Below the pieces are notes generated by a model. The model did no database searches and was not told where the DNA came from. It was given only the letters and a program-made list of their open reading frames with translations. A stretch of DNA of 64,000 nucleotides. Source: the human T2T-CHM13v2.0 reference genome, Homo sapiens. Position numbers and translations under genes: made by a program. Location of the stretch: NCBI RefSeq assembly GCF_009914755.1, contig NC_060932.1; one strand, written 5' to 3'. This document shows, in pieces, positions 27,210 through 42,499 of this stretch (positions within the stretch are counted from its first letter, which is position 1; each line of letters opens with the position of its first letter).

Positions 27210-27655
27210 GCATGTAAAATGAAACATGTAAGAAATAATACAGAGAGACCCAACGGTACCCTTCTCTAGTTTTTTGAAAGGCAACGTCTTTCAAAACTAT
27301 GTAGTACAATATCACAACCAGAATGTTGACATCAATCCAGTCAAAATACAGAACAGTTCCATCACCACAAGGATATATGAAGTTTGAAGTGCCTGTAGAT
27401 AGTATTCAAGCAAGACTTGTTATAGTGGCATTCTCTAAGGACATGCTCTTTACCTAGTTTTGATCATTCTAAGGTACCAGAAACCTTCAACAACTAAGTA
27501 AGACCCACCTGCATCAGGTGCCTCAATATAATAATACATGGACATTGAGGACCTTTTTAAACTTAGGGTTTTATGCAATACATGTCTAGTAGAGAGTTAG
27601 AAATATATGTAGGTAGTGATTCCACCTATAAAACAAGCTCCACTTGGGAAAATAG

Positions 27656-27690
<35 letters not shown>

Positions 27691-28124
27691 TCATGCATGC
27701 GCCTATCCACAGATGGTGGCACATATACACCACAAGCCTGTACATGCACAGATGCACATTTTATTAGAATAGATAAAATTTTGTGAGTGGCCATTAGATG
27801 AACCCCTCACATTTGAAGAGAGTGATTATTCTGTCTTTTAAAGGGTGTGCTTTTAGTGTAACCATAGCCAAGAAAAAAAAAAGAGAGAGAAAGAGATTAA
27901 AAACAGCTGGAACATATGTCTATTTTCACCTCCTCCATCTGGAACTTTGTTTTAGGATATCACAGACACTTTCCAAACAAAGCTCTGTTGGACCAAATGA
28001 TAAATATAGAGGAGACATGCATTACATGTACGATTCTCTTTTTGTTTGAAGAGCTTTATAGAATCTGAACCACTGGTGTGTTTTCCAAATGTAAAAATAA
28101 AGCTTTGAACAGCACAAATGTGAC

Positions 28125-28163
<39 letters not shown>

Positions 28164-28220
28164 AAAATATATATATATATACATTGCATATATATATATA
28201 TATATATACATTGCCTATAT
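27171..28220. repeat. Cluster of three (CA)n microsatellites (27171-27207, 27659-27689, 28128-28160) plus a (TA)-rich tract
   Basis: Directly visible. Confidence 0.95.
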
Positions 28221-30784
28221 ATATATGTATGTATATATAGGCGATGTTAACTGCAATGTTGGCTCTTTAATCCATAAGTTCTGTTTACCTGGGAAGTAAA
28301 AATGAAGTCTTTTATTATATGTTGATATTTTAATACAGCAATCAGAGAACTAAAATAATGTGCTAGTCAATCTTTCAAGTTTCTATCAGTACTCTACTCT
28401 CAGATTCACACTTTTCTCTAAATTTCTCCTGTATCATATCATCATGCCCCAATTACTATAACTTTCTCACCCTTCCCCTCATGGCAGTATGATTTTACAG
28501 CAATACATCCAATATGAAAATTATGTTAAACATTTAAAACTTCTTGGATAACATCACTCCTATTGTATATAGATCAAATTCCAAAGTCATTGACCTTTAT
28601 TATATAGGTCCTACTTCAGCTTACACCAGAGGTTAAGAGCCCAGGTTTTAAAAGTCAGACAGTCTTCAGTTCCAATCCCAGTTCTTCCAAATGGAAGCAC
28701 AGTCTGCAAGGATTCATGGTTCTAGCTCAACTGATTACTTTTGAAGGCCCGAAATTACATAATGGCAGAGAAAACAGATGAACAATGGAAAAAGAATGGG
28801 GTTAAAAAAATAGACAAACCCTGGTGCCCAGTTGATTAGAAGAGAGAAAATGGTAGGAAGCATGATACCTATATTAGCCTACTGGGTGGATTACCGAAGA
28901 GAGAGAATCCAGGAAAGGGAGAGGTTTGTCAGAATGAGGAGGAAGTCATTATTTTGAATTTGGTGTATGACATTTAGGTGAATATATTCATTCCACAGTA
29001 GTTGAGAGCCAGAGAAAGAGAGCAGAGACCCGATAAAAACTTAGGAGGCAGCAGAATATTATCATTGCCATGCTCATCCAACACTGAATATAAATGAATT
29101 CCACTGCAAGAATTATAACCTGGGGGTACAGCATGTTTAAAACTCCCAATTTTACTGGATAATACAGCAATAAAATTAAAGTATATTCCATAAAAGTGAC
29201 AGAAAATAGTCTTAAATGAAAGTTCAAATAAAAATCTTGGTACAATTTACCTCTAACTTTTGGCTCAATATAAGACAATTCAGAAATTATGGCTACTTGA
29301 CTATCTCAGCAGCTGTCTTCTCAAAGACTAAAGATATAGGCTTGGGATGCATGGTTAAGTGATATTTATTAGACTAGGAGAAGCATAGGGGCTGGGAGAG
29401 GTCATGGCTACTCTTCTGCTCTATGTTTATGGGAGTTCTTTTGTTTTGTAACAAAGCTCATAGTTTTGGGATAAGTGAGGAGGGAGAAGGTCACCTGTTT
29501 AACAAGCTACATTACCCCAAGGCAGTCAAATGGGTGACAGATGGAGTCAGATTGCCCTCACATTCCTATAAGAGAGATATTTTTCACAGTTCTGGACCAT
29601 ATCCATTCAACATAAAACAGAATATGATAATAATTATGGGTTGCTAGTGCACAGTGAGAAGTCAAATACCAAAGCCAGTTCTTGCCAAGTTTTTCTTTGT
29701 ATTTTAACCACACGATCCATATTCTTCATTAGGCTATCCTTCATCTGTCCAAACAACAGGCTGTCGTCAGTTTATACAACTTAACCATTCTTAGCCCAGA
29801 GATGCTTATGTATGCTTTTTTAATGTTATAATAGAATTGAGATCTTTGTATTTTATATAATTGTTGAAAATGCTATTAGAAAAACAAAAAACAAAATAAA
29901 GTCTTTCTAAGAATGTTTGCAAAAACTAAAGGAACATTCACTGTTACAACAGCAAGGCACAATGAGTCTCCATTTCTCCTGAGAAAATTCTAGTAGACCT
30001 TTCTGACAGCTTTGAGATAGGCACTTTGTGGATAGATCACATGAGCCCTCTGAAAGTGACATTCAGGGGAAAGTTGGCTTGTGTTGAGTTCATTTTGCAA
30101 CGCAGAATCCACTGAAAATTCAACTATGACATCATAGAGAATCATCTTTAATTTGCAATTATCTTATTTAATGACCTTGAGGATGTTTTTTCATGTTGCT
30201 TAGCTATTTACACATTTCTTATTTGGTGAATTGTTATGTTCATCCTTTCTGCCCAGTTCTATATAGAATGCTCTGTTTTTTTTTTTCACAGATTTAGGAA
30301 GCTTTCATACACCAGTGGGAACAGTTATCTTTTTTCCAACAGAGATTGTGTAAATTTTTTTAATTTAAAGAATTTTAAAATATAAATGGTGAAAGGAGAT
30401 ATTTTAATAATCAAGAAAAAAGAAATACATACTCATCTAAATTCTAAAAATATATGTATAAACCTAGTGTTTTGGAAAAAAAAGGCAAAGAAACTGCACC
30501 AAATATGTTCACAGCTGCTATCTGTGTATTATAGTATTATTGTTCTTCTTAGTATGTCTTTGTTATTTTCAAAATTTCAACAGCGAACATGCATTATTTT
30601 AAAATGTTATGGAAAACTTACTAAAGTTTAGGAGAAACTCAACATGCATATATATATATATACAAACACATGCTTTTATTTTGTTTTATTTTCCCCTGAA
30701 GTTTATTTTCCTATGCATATATTTTTCCATATATGTTTGGATTGGCACCAATCCTATATTTACAGTATTAAGGACTTTTTTCAT

Positions 30785-31262
30785 TTGTGGCCTCTCAACA
30801 TCCTTGAATATCTTTCCAACATTCTGGTGATTTCCCACATTATGAGTCCTCCCTTTCTAAGGTAGAAGCCATAAAACCCACATCCCCAGTTTTTTTTTGC
30901 AGCTATTGTACAGATATATCACCTAGGTTTCACCAAGTGGAAACTTTGGAAGGAACATTGTATTTAGAAGTGAGCAGTGTGAGAAGGTGGTCATATATGC
31001 AGAAATCAATATTCTCATAATTACAGTCATGAAAACAGCTGGTTCTTTGGACACTTCAATGGTGGATATCCAGTTCTGAGCATCTTGGATGCTGAGAGGA
31101 AGACACCAGTGTTTTCTATAGAAAATCCCTCATAATATGCTTGGCCAATGGATTTTGTTGTTCAGCTCCAGAATTTTACTTTTCTAGCCTTCCAAAATAC
31201 TCTGGGAGCTTCAAAATATTCTTTAGTAATAAAATAATCAGAGTGGGCTCTGTATTTGCATT
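30785..31262 (+). mobile_element. Old ERVL LTR (LTR33-like)
   Basis: aaacccacatccccag..ttgcagcta.. and ..tagtaataaa..aatcagagtgggctctgtatttgca resemble LTR33; highly diverged. Confidence 0.45.
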
Positions 31263-31818
31263 GTCCAAAAATTTGCAGTTTATATTTGTTTTCTCTATTT
31301 CATTGTAGCAGTGATTTTAAATAGCTTCATGCCTAATTATGCCATTATTTAAAAGTTCTATAATTTATTTACTCCATGCAATTCATAGAATATTTAGTTT
31401 GTTTTCTATCAATGTAATTAAAAATGCTTCATTTACAACTTAAGCACAAATACAAATATGTTTACCTTTCTTTTTCTAAAAGCGATACTCTCAGAAAAGG
31501 AATGACAAAATCAAAATATTTTATATTTTTGCTTTTACAAATTTGGCCAATATTTTCTTCATTATAATTTCCAGGCAGCAATAACATGGAGGTACTTTCA
31601 ATTGACATTGAACATAAGGAATGAAGGAAATTTATATGACATGAGATTAGAGAAAAAGAAACAGGTCACAGAGTGTGGGGTTTCTAAGTCATCGTGAGGA
31701 GGTGAATTTTTCCTCAAAGTGTGATGAGAAATTTTAGGGAGATATTAAAAATAGAATGGAAACAATCTTAAGTACTTTGAAAAATGATTATCACACTCAT
31801 TTTTTATTGCAAGGAGGG

Positions 31819-32196
31819 TGATATGGTTTGGCTTTGTGTCCTCACCCAAACCTCATCTTGAATTGTAATCCCATAATCCCCACATATCATGGGAGGGACG
31901 CAGTGGGAGGTAATTAAATCATGGGGGCAGTTGCCCTCAAGATGTTCTTGTGATAGTGAGTGAGTTATCACGAGATCTGATGGTTTTACAAGCATCTGGC
32001 ATTTCCCCTGCTGGCACGCCTTCTCTCTCCTGCCACCTTGTGAAGAAGAACATGTTTGCTTCCCCTTCCAACATGATTGTAAGTTTCCTGAGGCCTCCCT
32101 AGCCATGCAGAACCGTGAGTCAATTAAACCTCTTTTCTTCATAAATTACCCAGTCTTGGGTATTTCTTCATAGCAGCATGAGAACAGACTAATACA
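31819..32196 (+). mobile_element. THE1 (THE1D-like) MaLR solo LTR inside an L2 remnant
   Basis: tgatatggtttggctttgtgtcc ... gagtcaattaaacctcttttcttcataaattacccagtc ... gaacagactaataca; TSD gaggg/ggggg. Confidence 0.92.
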
Positions 32197-33895
32197 GGGG
32201 GATAAATATTAGGAGTGTTTTTTTTTCTTTAATCTAGGCAAACAATGATGTTGGCTTGGACTTATTGGTAACAGTAAAGTTAGAAATATTGGAAATATTT
32301 GGGATATATTTTAGAGGTAGAACTGACAGAATTCATGGATATGTCAGATATGAAATTTGAGAGAAAGTGGATCCACAGTGATAAATAGATTTTGACTTCA
32401 ACAACTTGGAACAAATTGTATTGAAATACACTGAGATGGAGGAAATTAAACAAAGATTAGATGTAGGGAATGGAGAGAGAAACCTATGGTTTTTCTGACC
32501 TTGTCGAGTTCAGTGTACCTTGGATATTCTTGTGGAGTTTTAAAATCAGCACCTGGTTACAAGTATCTGGAGTTTGGAGGTTGCAATCAGATATGGATTC
32601 ACTGACATGATTAAAGGCTTGGAACTGGGTAAGGTCCTAGGGAAAACCTGTGGATAGAGAAAGAGTTCAAACATAGGGCCCCAGGACAGTCCAGCGTTTA
32701 GAATTTAAAGAGAGCAAGGGGCCTGAGCAAGTAGAAGAAGAGCAGCTTTATGGGGCAAATGGTAAAGGTCTTATATTTATCAACTTTTAGAATGTCTTCT
32801 AGAAATTTTCGATTCAAGTATTCTGCCTCCTTCCCTTACATTTTCTAGTGAGATATTGGATTTTTTATTGAACTATAAGATCTTACCATACATCAGTGAC
32901 ATACCATCTGTGTTATATTTAAATTTGTATTTTGTTTGTTTCGTTTATATTTTTATATTTGTCTTTTATTTGTTTTATTTATATTTTTATATTTCTCCCA
33001 TTTTTTGTAGCAAACGTATGGATCTTTTAATGTTCTATATAGCTTATTAACTTACTTTTTGCTTTACGTGTTCTTTTCCATCCAAAACCTAACATTGACC
33101 AATATATTTCTATTTTAGAAATTCCTTTTTTAAAAAACTTTAGCTCTTTAATTAATCCAAAACATATTTTGGTGACTGAGCAGCCATTTGTTGAAACTAT
33201 AGAGTAAGTCTTGGATAGCTAATCTGGGGCCTGCCAAGGTTTCCCCAGTAAGAGGATTTCCAGTGTTTGGTATTATGAGTCCTGCCCTTAAGGAAGGCAC
33301 TGGGAGCAGTGTTCAGCAGAGGACACTACTGCCCAAGCCAACAGTTTCTTTCTGGTGCAGTTTATAAAGCCCTAGGATTTTGTTTTGTTTTGTTTTGTGG
33401 CTAAGCAATGATTTGTCTCTGTTAGACACATTTTGCCATGTTAGCGTCCCAATTATTCTATTTGATTCTATTACTTATAATTAATCCCAGAAATCTTACT
33501 GAGTCATGCTCTTCAAACAGGGTCACACCCTTATGTCCCTCTTTCCTTTTTTCTTCCAAATATTTCCAAGCCTAAGTGCAATTTCTCTGGTTTCTGTTTA
33601 AGGAGTTTAGCTTTGGCGTATGAATAAGATATTATAGTCTGAAGTAGCAAGGCTGTTCAAATTTCTTCTGAAGTTACACTGCAGTACTCCTCACCTCACC
33701 CCACCCAATCTATGTTCCAGTTGATAATTTTAATAAGAGCCATCACCCATTTTATTAGCAGCAGGCCAAGAGGTGTTGTGGAGAAGAAATCTAGCATCCC
33801 TAATTCCAAATGCATGGATCCTTTGGTTTCTTTATCAGCATACCAATTTTAGAAGTATCAGAGAAATTAACTGCTTCAGTTCTACTGGGAATATG

Positions 33896-34300
33896 TGCTA
33901 GCCATTGGTTTTGTCCAGCAAATATTTCCAGTTCTTCTGGGCACAAAGTAGGATTGCAATTCTTTGCTCCCCAGAAGCTGAGTGTAACCATTCAATTTGC
34001 ACTGATCGGTGAAATGTTGAGTGGACGTTATATGTGTTACTTCTAGATGAAATCTTAAGATTCAATTCACGCTTCTCCAACTCTGACTCAGCAACCTGCC
34101 AGTTCTAGGTAACCTGGATGCCAAAGACAGGCTAATGTGAAAGAGTGAAGAGATGTGTTCCTTGAATAACAAAGAAACCTTTGTTGTATTGAGTCACTTA
34201 GCTTAAGAGATTGTTCATTATTAGAGTGCAATGGAACCCCGCCCGATTCATACAGAATTGGTACCTAAAAGTGGGTTACTATGAAAACAACCTTATTTGA
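33896..34300 (+). mobile_element. Old MLT1 LTR followed by the start of MLT internal sequence
   Basis: aataacaaagaaacctttgttgtattgagtcact..gattgtt.. ending tcataca, then gaattggtacctaaaagtggg. Confidence 0.6.
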
Positions 34301-34544
34301 AAACTTATTTTGAAGAGGAAAGACATATGGTTATTAGTTATACTCAGAAGTGAAACAATGAAAATTAATCAGGAAATTAGGAAATCAATTTCGCACATCC
34401 TTGAGGTGGTGTGGGCAAAGATTTCATCTATGTGGGTGTTCTCATGCTGGATGTATTGTTGAACATCAAGGTAAAATTAGAATACTGTGATAAAGCACAG
34501 GCCAAGAAAATGGAAAGAAACTGCTAATGCAAAGATCCTCTGAA

Positions 34545-34760
34545 GACGAGCCTGGGCAACTTAGTGAGACCCTGTCTCTACAAAAAAATAAAAAGTTATC
34601 TGGACATGGTGGTTCATGCCTGTGGTCCTAGCTAGTCAGGGGTCCTGAGGTGGGAGGATCGCTTGAGTCCAGGAAGTTGAGGCTGCAGTGAATCATGATC
34701 TTGTAACTGCACTCCAGCCTGGGCAACAGAGCGAGACCTGGTCTCAAAAGAAGGAAAAAA
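34545..34760 (+). mobile_element. 5'-truncated AluJ
   Basis: agcctgggcaacttagtgagaccctgtctctac ... gaggtgggaggatcgcttgag ... gcactccagcctgggcaacagagcgagacc. Confidence 0.88.
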
Positions 34761-37700
34761 GATCCTCTTTTTATATGATAGTGATAAAACCTGAATAAGA
34801 ATAAACAAATATAAGACTGTCTGATTCCAACAGACAGAAAACCTCATGACCTTTTGAAGTATAGGCCTTTTTATTGATTTTGCCTGAGACACTGACAGAC
34901 CTTTCAATGCAGCCTACTTCGCTCTGTATCAGTTCAGAAGAGTTTTCTGTAAATGTTGTTTCTATGGCCATTGTTTTGATTGATTTTTGTGAGGCAACGT
35001 AATTCCTTGCTTCTGTTACTACTATCTATCCTCATTTTATTGGATTCTCCCACATTGCTTTCGTCTCTTTTCCTTCCTCTGCATTCTGAGAGAATACCAC
35101 AAGTCTGGGCTTTGTATCAGTTCTTCGATTTTCTGCGTAAGTCTTCTCCTTCATGTCTGTAACCCTCATTTTAATTTTGCATTTTACATTTCTTTTCCTC
35201 CTAAACTTCTTGACTTTACTGTCTTTTCAAGACAATATCCTGAAAACCTTTTTTCTTTTTTAAAGTGAAAGCACATTTATTAGAGAAGTAAAGAAAGAAA
35301 AGAATGGCTACTTCACAGACAGCAACTGAACACCTTTAACACCCATATTTACAATATGGAGATTGTTGCAGAGGTTTTTTTTCAAGCAAGTTAGAAGAAA
35401 TGATCTAATTTCAGGGTGCTTTTATTTTATTTTTAATTTTATGCAAGGCATGTATAAGTTACAATTTATTTCACCGTCCCTTTCAGGTTTTGGAGATTGT
35501 GGAAGTTGATGTTCAATGTGACTATTGATTGATTCTTAATCTTTGATTCCTATTTTCTTGTGAATTTCTATATATTTCTGTATAGACTTCTTCAATTGTT
35601 GTGAGAAAAAAAAAAGTGGACTAGCCTGGATCACACACCGCAGTTTTCTCTTCAGATCGCCAGAGAATCTGAATGTAATGACCAATGATCACTTGTGAAA
35701 TTATAATAATTATTGTTTTACTACAGTCACAAGCATTAAGATTACTAAAAATAATGGCACCAATGGCCCTCACTCCTATTCCCAAATGAAAGGCACATTT
35801 AATTTTTTTTCCAACAAAAATCACAAGGATTTTTTTTAGAAAGACAGTAGTGTTTCAGATGTCAGGTGACAATTCTTCCCACTGTGGTATTATAAATGTG
35901 TTCATTTTCATGAAAATGTGTGAACTGTCTTACCAACATCAGTGAGTGTAGCATCTTTGCATGATGGAAATAATAGTTATGCAAACAGAAATTGTATATC
36001 TTTTAGTATTTAAAAGTGATTTTGTGTTCAGAATTTTGAATTAAAAAGAAATTTGACAATGTGCCCCACATGTGTTGCTTTGAATATTCTAGCCATTAAT
36101 GAGATAAATACCAGATAAATGTTAAAATTTATCTTTAATCTTGAGTTCTTTATGATTAAGGGAAAAAGTGAGGAACATATGCTGAATATGTTGAACAGTT
36201 TCGACTCTTATTGAGTCTGGGTGAAAGATATGCTGGTAACTACTAGAGATACATATTTAAACATAAACATTCTCTCAAATAGACAAAGATTACTAATTGT
36301 GAAAATATGTATTTTTAACACAATGCCAAAAATTGCCTGGGGTTTATTGCATTGCATTATCTTAAAGAACATCTTTAAATAGAACAGTACATTATTTTTT
36401 CTTGTAGACTCACAAATGTTATCAACCTAAATAAAATGTTTCCAATAAATCTTGTAGGCAGCCTATGATAATTGCACGTTACCACATCGGAATTTTCATT
36501 TCTAAATATATCACACAAAAGCAATCTATACAAAATAACATATTAGGAAATCTCCTCCTTTCATACATGCAGTCCCCACAAACATATATACATATATCTT
36601 CTACACTTTCACATGATGAGTTAAATATTTCTATGAATTAAATAAGTTTTAAACTAAGTTTCAGTTGGATTTGTTCTTTTGAGATGAAAATGATAAGAGT
36701 GATGTAGAGAGAGTTAACATGCTAAATATATTAATCTCAATGGTATCACATCTTATAGTCAATTGTTGGGTGCCTGTCTTAGCACCAAATTTTGTTCTTT
36801 ATAGAAAGATGTTAGGAACCTTTAAAAATGGCTTTCCATTTTATTATTATATTGCCTTCTGGAAGGAATTAATAGGTTGGCGAGGTTGGAGACAGTTTCA
36901 GGAGGGAAAAGTAGCTTTTCTTGGCAGAGCCCCTCAGTCCTGTGATTCTAAACATCTTGAAGAAACAGACTTCAGCCTCAAGTGTTTTATTTTAGGTTCT
37001 TCCATAGAGGGTCTATGGAACTTTTCCAATCCTGTTTGTGAATTTTGAAAATCAGATTCCTTAGAGGCCTTTCTTAAAGGTAACTGATGATTTCATGGAA
37101 AAGCTAGTTCTTTAACTCTTTAAGAAATTAGCAGAGTAACAATACTAGTTTTTTAAAGAGTGCTTGTGCTTTGAATGAGAGCATGTGAGCTTAGAAAGGA
37201 GGCAGAAAGGAGAATGGATATGCTTATTGAGATAAATTTGGGAGTCTTTCAAATGAAAGTTCTGTACTTTATAAATTTTCCTAGGAACCTTCAGCCTCCA
37301 TCTAAAACCCTGGCATATGGGCCTAAAAATGATCACACATAAGACTTCACACAAATCTGGGTTGAGCTAAGAAGTTGGAGCTCAAGAAATTCTTCTTAGC
37401 AAAAACACTTGTCATAGTCAATGTCTTAATAATGTAAATTTTGGTAGAGGTAATTATTTTAGAATCATACAATTGTTCTATATTATTAAATGCCTGCGGA
37501 GTGTGGATCAGAATGCTTTCAGAACTCTGGAAGTTCTTGTGATGCAGATACACTCTTTTGTTTTTTCTATGTTCGTTTGTTTGAAGGAGAGATTGGCACT
37601 CTGACGTCATCCTGTTCCTCATTTAACATAATGCAGCAAGGACAAGTAAATTCATATTTTTCATCTCAATATGTCCACTTGGACTTTTACTGGCCATATA

Positions 37701-39559
37701 TTTAATGCTATTATGTTTGCAGTTTAGGAGCCAAAATTCTTATCAAATTTATTGATATAATTCTAACATTCAGAATCAGAATGCCCACACTTAATTTGTA
37801 AAATAAATGAAAGATGGATAGATTTGTCAGCTTATATCTCACATTTTATTGCAACTGACATTGGACAATTTTGAAGCTAGAAGAATGACAGAAGACGTGA
37901 TTAGGCCTTCCAAAGACGTGAACCGTATTGCTTCTCCCATTTCTTACAACAGTTTGCCATCTAATCTTTGTTCAGACTGCTACTTTGGCCACTTGAGTTA
38001 GTTCTAATAGCATGTTAAAATGCATATTAAAAAAATAGCCTGAAATACCATCTCGTTTCCTGAGCTATGTTTGTCAGCATAATAGTAACTCTGGGTGTTT
38101 TACCCTTTTGAGTTAAATTAAAGCTAGCAAGTCTTATTTTGTATAATCACAATAAGATAAAGATCATAGTGTGTTTTACATTGTAATGTGTGTGTATATA
38201 TCATGGAGGATAAATGCTTAAATGGAATTATGGGATGCACACACATGGGAGGCACTGACCATAATAACAGATGACATTATGATATAGAAAATGTGTGTAT
38301 ATTTAATGAAGATGTTTTAATTTAAAGTCAGTATCTCACTATCTTGCTAACCCCTACTCAAAATACATTTCATAACTGCACAGAAGGACTGAGTAACAAA
38401 CAAACTTATAGAAACATGCTGATCTATTTTTAATTTGAATTGCTACATGGAATATTTGCAATTGTATTATATATACAATAAGGGATCTATGCAACAACTA
38501 AATTTAGTCACTGCTTTATGGGATGCAGATGTGAATAATTTATTGGGATTGAAGATGTTTACACCGAAAATAAAATCGGTATCAAGAGTCTGATTACTAA
38601 TTTTGCTCCGCCACTTGTAGTGGTCTGTCCTGTTTCTAAGTAAACGCCACTAGGCTTCAGTTTTCTCATCCAGCAGAGAAGTTTATTTTCTAGAGATTTT
38701 GAATTAATAGTACAAATCTTTACAAACAATTAAAATTATTAAAATGTAAAGTAAAAAAGATTTTTGAAGAGTATAAAAATAAAATGGGATATAAATAAAA
38801 TTTCATCATCTCTTTCTTAATTTGTCTAATTTTTGTAAATATGTAAGAGTAGCATCTAGTGCTTGCTGCTAGCCAGAGGCTTCTCTAGGGTTGCCCTGTG
38901 CTGAGCAGCCTGGGACAGGGAGGAAACACAACAAGGGTGTCTCTACCTGTCTCTGTGGGGACCACTTAGACAAAAGCTGAGGCTTTGTCAGTTTCATTGT
39001 TTACACAGCCAACAAACATTTGCTTTGAGGAAAGAGTTTCTTGGTTAAATAGGATATAGGAGTGACTGATAAATGATTCTTTATGTCCCTTTTAGAATAA
39101 CCTACTATTTTAGTAATCTATTACTCTTATGATCTTGAAAACATGGTAAAATTACCTCAAAAGAGTTACCATCCTTTGAAAGTTTTATTTCAATCCATAA
39201 GCTGATGAACACATTTACATTTGCATGCACTATTTTTTCTTACATAACTCAATATAATACTTACTATTATTGCATTACTACTTTTGTAACTTTGCTTTAA
39301 TAATTAGTATTTAATTAATCAATTTATGCATTGGCCTTAGAATGTGACAAAGCAACTCCAAGTCAACTCCCTAGTACATATTGTTACACCAACTCTGCCT
39401 CATTCCATGAATGAACTAAAATTCTGAAAAATAATTTAAAACTTTTTTTTGGCTGTTGAGTCATGTTAAAATGTCAGAACTAATATTTTCATTATTCTAA
39501 ATAAAAAAATGAAATTGTATATGTAATATACAATTTAAAATAACCTATAGTTATACTCT

Positions 39560-40430
39560 GAGAAAAATAATGGCATTAATTGTTTCTGTAACTTAAACAT
39601 TTAACTAAGGTACCAAAGAAGAAGGCAAAAGGAACTAGCAGAAGTAAATTAATAAGATAAAATCTGAAAATTATGAATTATAAAACAAACTAGCATTCTG
39701 ATTGAAAAAACGTCTGCTTATATGGGAAGACACAGAATAAAAATATACCCCTGACATGTGTGAATAAGACAAAGGGAAGAAAAAAACATGATTTTGGAAT
39801 TTATAAAGCAAATATATTCACAATTATAGAAGGTACTAAGGAATTATAAAGATCATTATGCCAGCCTCATGTCAATAATGAACATTTGGATAAAATGCAT
39901 GTGCCATAGAACAATAATAAATTATTAAAAATTATTTTGATAAAGAAAGAAAACCTGTACAAATCAATATCTATGGGACATTTTTAATGAATGATTTGTC
40001 ATTAAAAAGGATGTTAGGATGAAGTGGTTCTTTCTAACATTTTTGTGTTAGTTAAAATATTCCAGATGAATAAAAAGACAGAGTGCCCTAATTTCTTTTG
40101 TAAGTTTATTACCAAATCCCAATGAAGAAGGCATGAACAAAGAACAAACCAAGAACCTAAATATCTAGAAATAAACTACGGAAGTTGAAGAAGTCATTTA
40201 TGAAGAAAATTGTAAAACAATGAGAGATATTAACAAAGGTCTAAATAAATGGTCACATATACCTTGCATATGGATTGGAAGACTCAATATTGTAATGATG
40301 TCAACTCTATCCAAATGTATATATAAACCTCTCATTGGTGTGGAATGGACAAGTTGATTCTCAATAGGGAAATGCAAAGGTCCTTTAGTAGCCACAGCAA
40401 TTCTTAAGAAAGAAAAAACATAAAAATTTT
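39560..40430 (+). mobile_element. Degenerate L1M ORF2 fragments
   Basis: tatgaagaaaattgtaaaaca..ctaaataaatgg..ataccttgcatatggattggaagactcaatattgtaatgatgtcaactct. Confidence 0.7.
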
Positions 40431-42499
40431 TATATGATAACTAACTAAAATGTATAGTTGAGAAGGGAAAAAAATCTCAAACTTACTATATATGTATCAG
40501 TCTGTATGAGGTATGGACCTATTGAACAGTATCATTCAGGTTTAGCATCTTCACCACCTTCACCATTATCAAATGAGCCTTGCCTGAAATCAGAAGCACT
40601 ACTTTCTTTCGTTAGTTGGAGAAGTTGACATGAATGGAGGTATCTCAAGAACCCTAAACTGTGTCATTAGAAAGCAATAGGAAACATGGTCCCCTTCTTT
40701 TAGGAGTTGTACCAAAAATTCTGAGTATAAGGGGCCCCAAAGTATGTAATTCTCTATTATTTCTTTGTGAATCTTGATTTAAGCTAGTGCACTATGAAGA
40801 GACATACCTGTTTCTCAGATAGTCTTTTATTTAACTTATAAATTATCCCAAGGCATGGACTATATAGAATTCAATGATCAAAACTTTAAGTAAGAAGAGA
40901 CCAGTTAATGAATTTCTGGGGGAAATAAGGACCTGAAGTAATTAAAATTTCTCAGTAAGGCTGTTATTTTAGTTATTTTCATTAAAAGAAATGTATGGTT
41001 ATTCGTGTTATTTGGACCCCAGAAAATTAGCTACAACCGAAGAGTGTCCAAGGAAACTTTAAAATAATGCAACGTCAAAGACATTTTGCATTTTCTGTCA
41101 GTTACTAGCACGGTTCTCCAGCAGTCATCTTCACCCAAATCACAATGTGGTACAGATGCAGTTGAAAAAAGAAAAAGTGGCAATGTAAAAATAGATCATT
41201 GCACTCCTGTACATGACTATTTTCTCTCTAATGAAAAGATTTTATTTTAGTTTGATGCCTTTCAAAATCTTGGTATTTGAAGAATTAATTTTTATTTAAA
41301 GTAAATCTTTTTTTTTAGCATTAAGCAATGGGATGTTCATGAACCTTATCTACAGTGAAATTCCTTCTCAGTTTTATTTTCAGAAATATACAAGTGTAGA
41401 TTTATAAGCAAAACTGATCAGGGCATTTATTTGTATATATTTGCCTATTGGTAATGTACAGTCATTTACTACTTCAAATGGCATATACTTATTTTATATG
41501 TAGTATTCATTTTACCAAATCATGAGTATTTTCCCAATTTAATTTATATTTTATTATTTGTTTATTCAGTACTTCTTAACACATGCATATTCATTTATTT
41601 TGAGTCTCATAAACTTTTTAAAAATGGTTATCTACTTTGAGCCAATCTCGTAAAGTCATATAAAGCCCTCCTAAAGACACACCTTCGTCCCCATTAATAT
41701 TATTTTAGGTGTGCAGTGTCAAGCAGTTCTAACATAATACTCAGTCTGCGGTGTCAAGCAGTTCTAATACAATAAGGCTCAGTCAGCTCACCAGTAAGTT
41801 AGCTTTTCTCTAGGTCTTGTCTGTGATATTTTAGTTTCCATAATCAGATTTCTGACTAGCTCTTGAGCTCAAATTCCAGTCTTCCAGTAAACAGATGCTA
41901 TCTTATACTTCAGTGTATAGGGCCCTGTCTGAGAAAATTGTGATTTAAAGTAGTCTACTCATTTAGTCTCATAAATAATAGAACTTCTAAAGAAATGCCA
42001 GTGTTTCAGCATGCAAGCCATAGTTCCCGGATTGTTAGAGATGGGCCAAAAAGGATTTTTCAGACTATGTGCCTTATTTTTGATTTCTGGAAACATCATT
42101 GCTATCATAACACTACTATTCATTGGAAAGCACTTGTTAGAGTAATTAGACTTACAATATGAAGCTGGGATATGAGATGGTAACTTGGCTAACTTGTCAA
42201 AGAGTCCAGTAAAGAGCCAGGATAATAGACAAAAAAAAACAAAACAAAACAACAACGACAACAAAAAAGGAAAACAGAAGAAAGGGGTTGGGGAACAACT
42301 GGAGTGTGCCTTTTCTAAAAAACCTGAGACAATTAATTTTTACTATATATAATTTCAAATTCTAGAAAATGCAATCATATATAACAACAACAACAACAGC
42401 AAAACACCCTTCTTTGGTGATTTTGCTGGCTATATAACCCAGATGCAATATTTATATTTCATTTTTGGTCATTTTTCCATAAGTTGTTTTAATGTGTCC

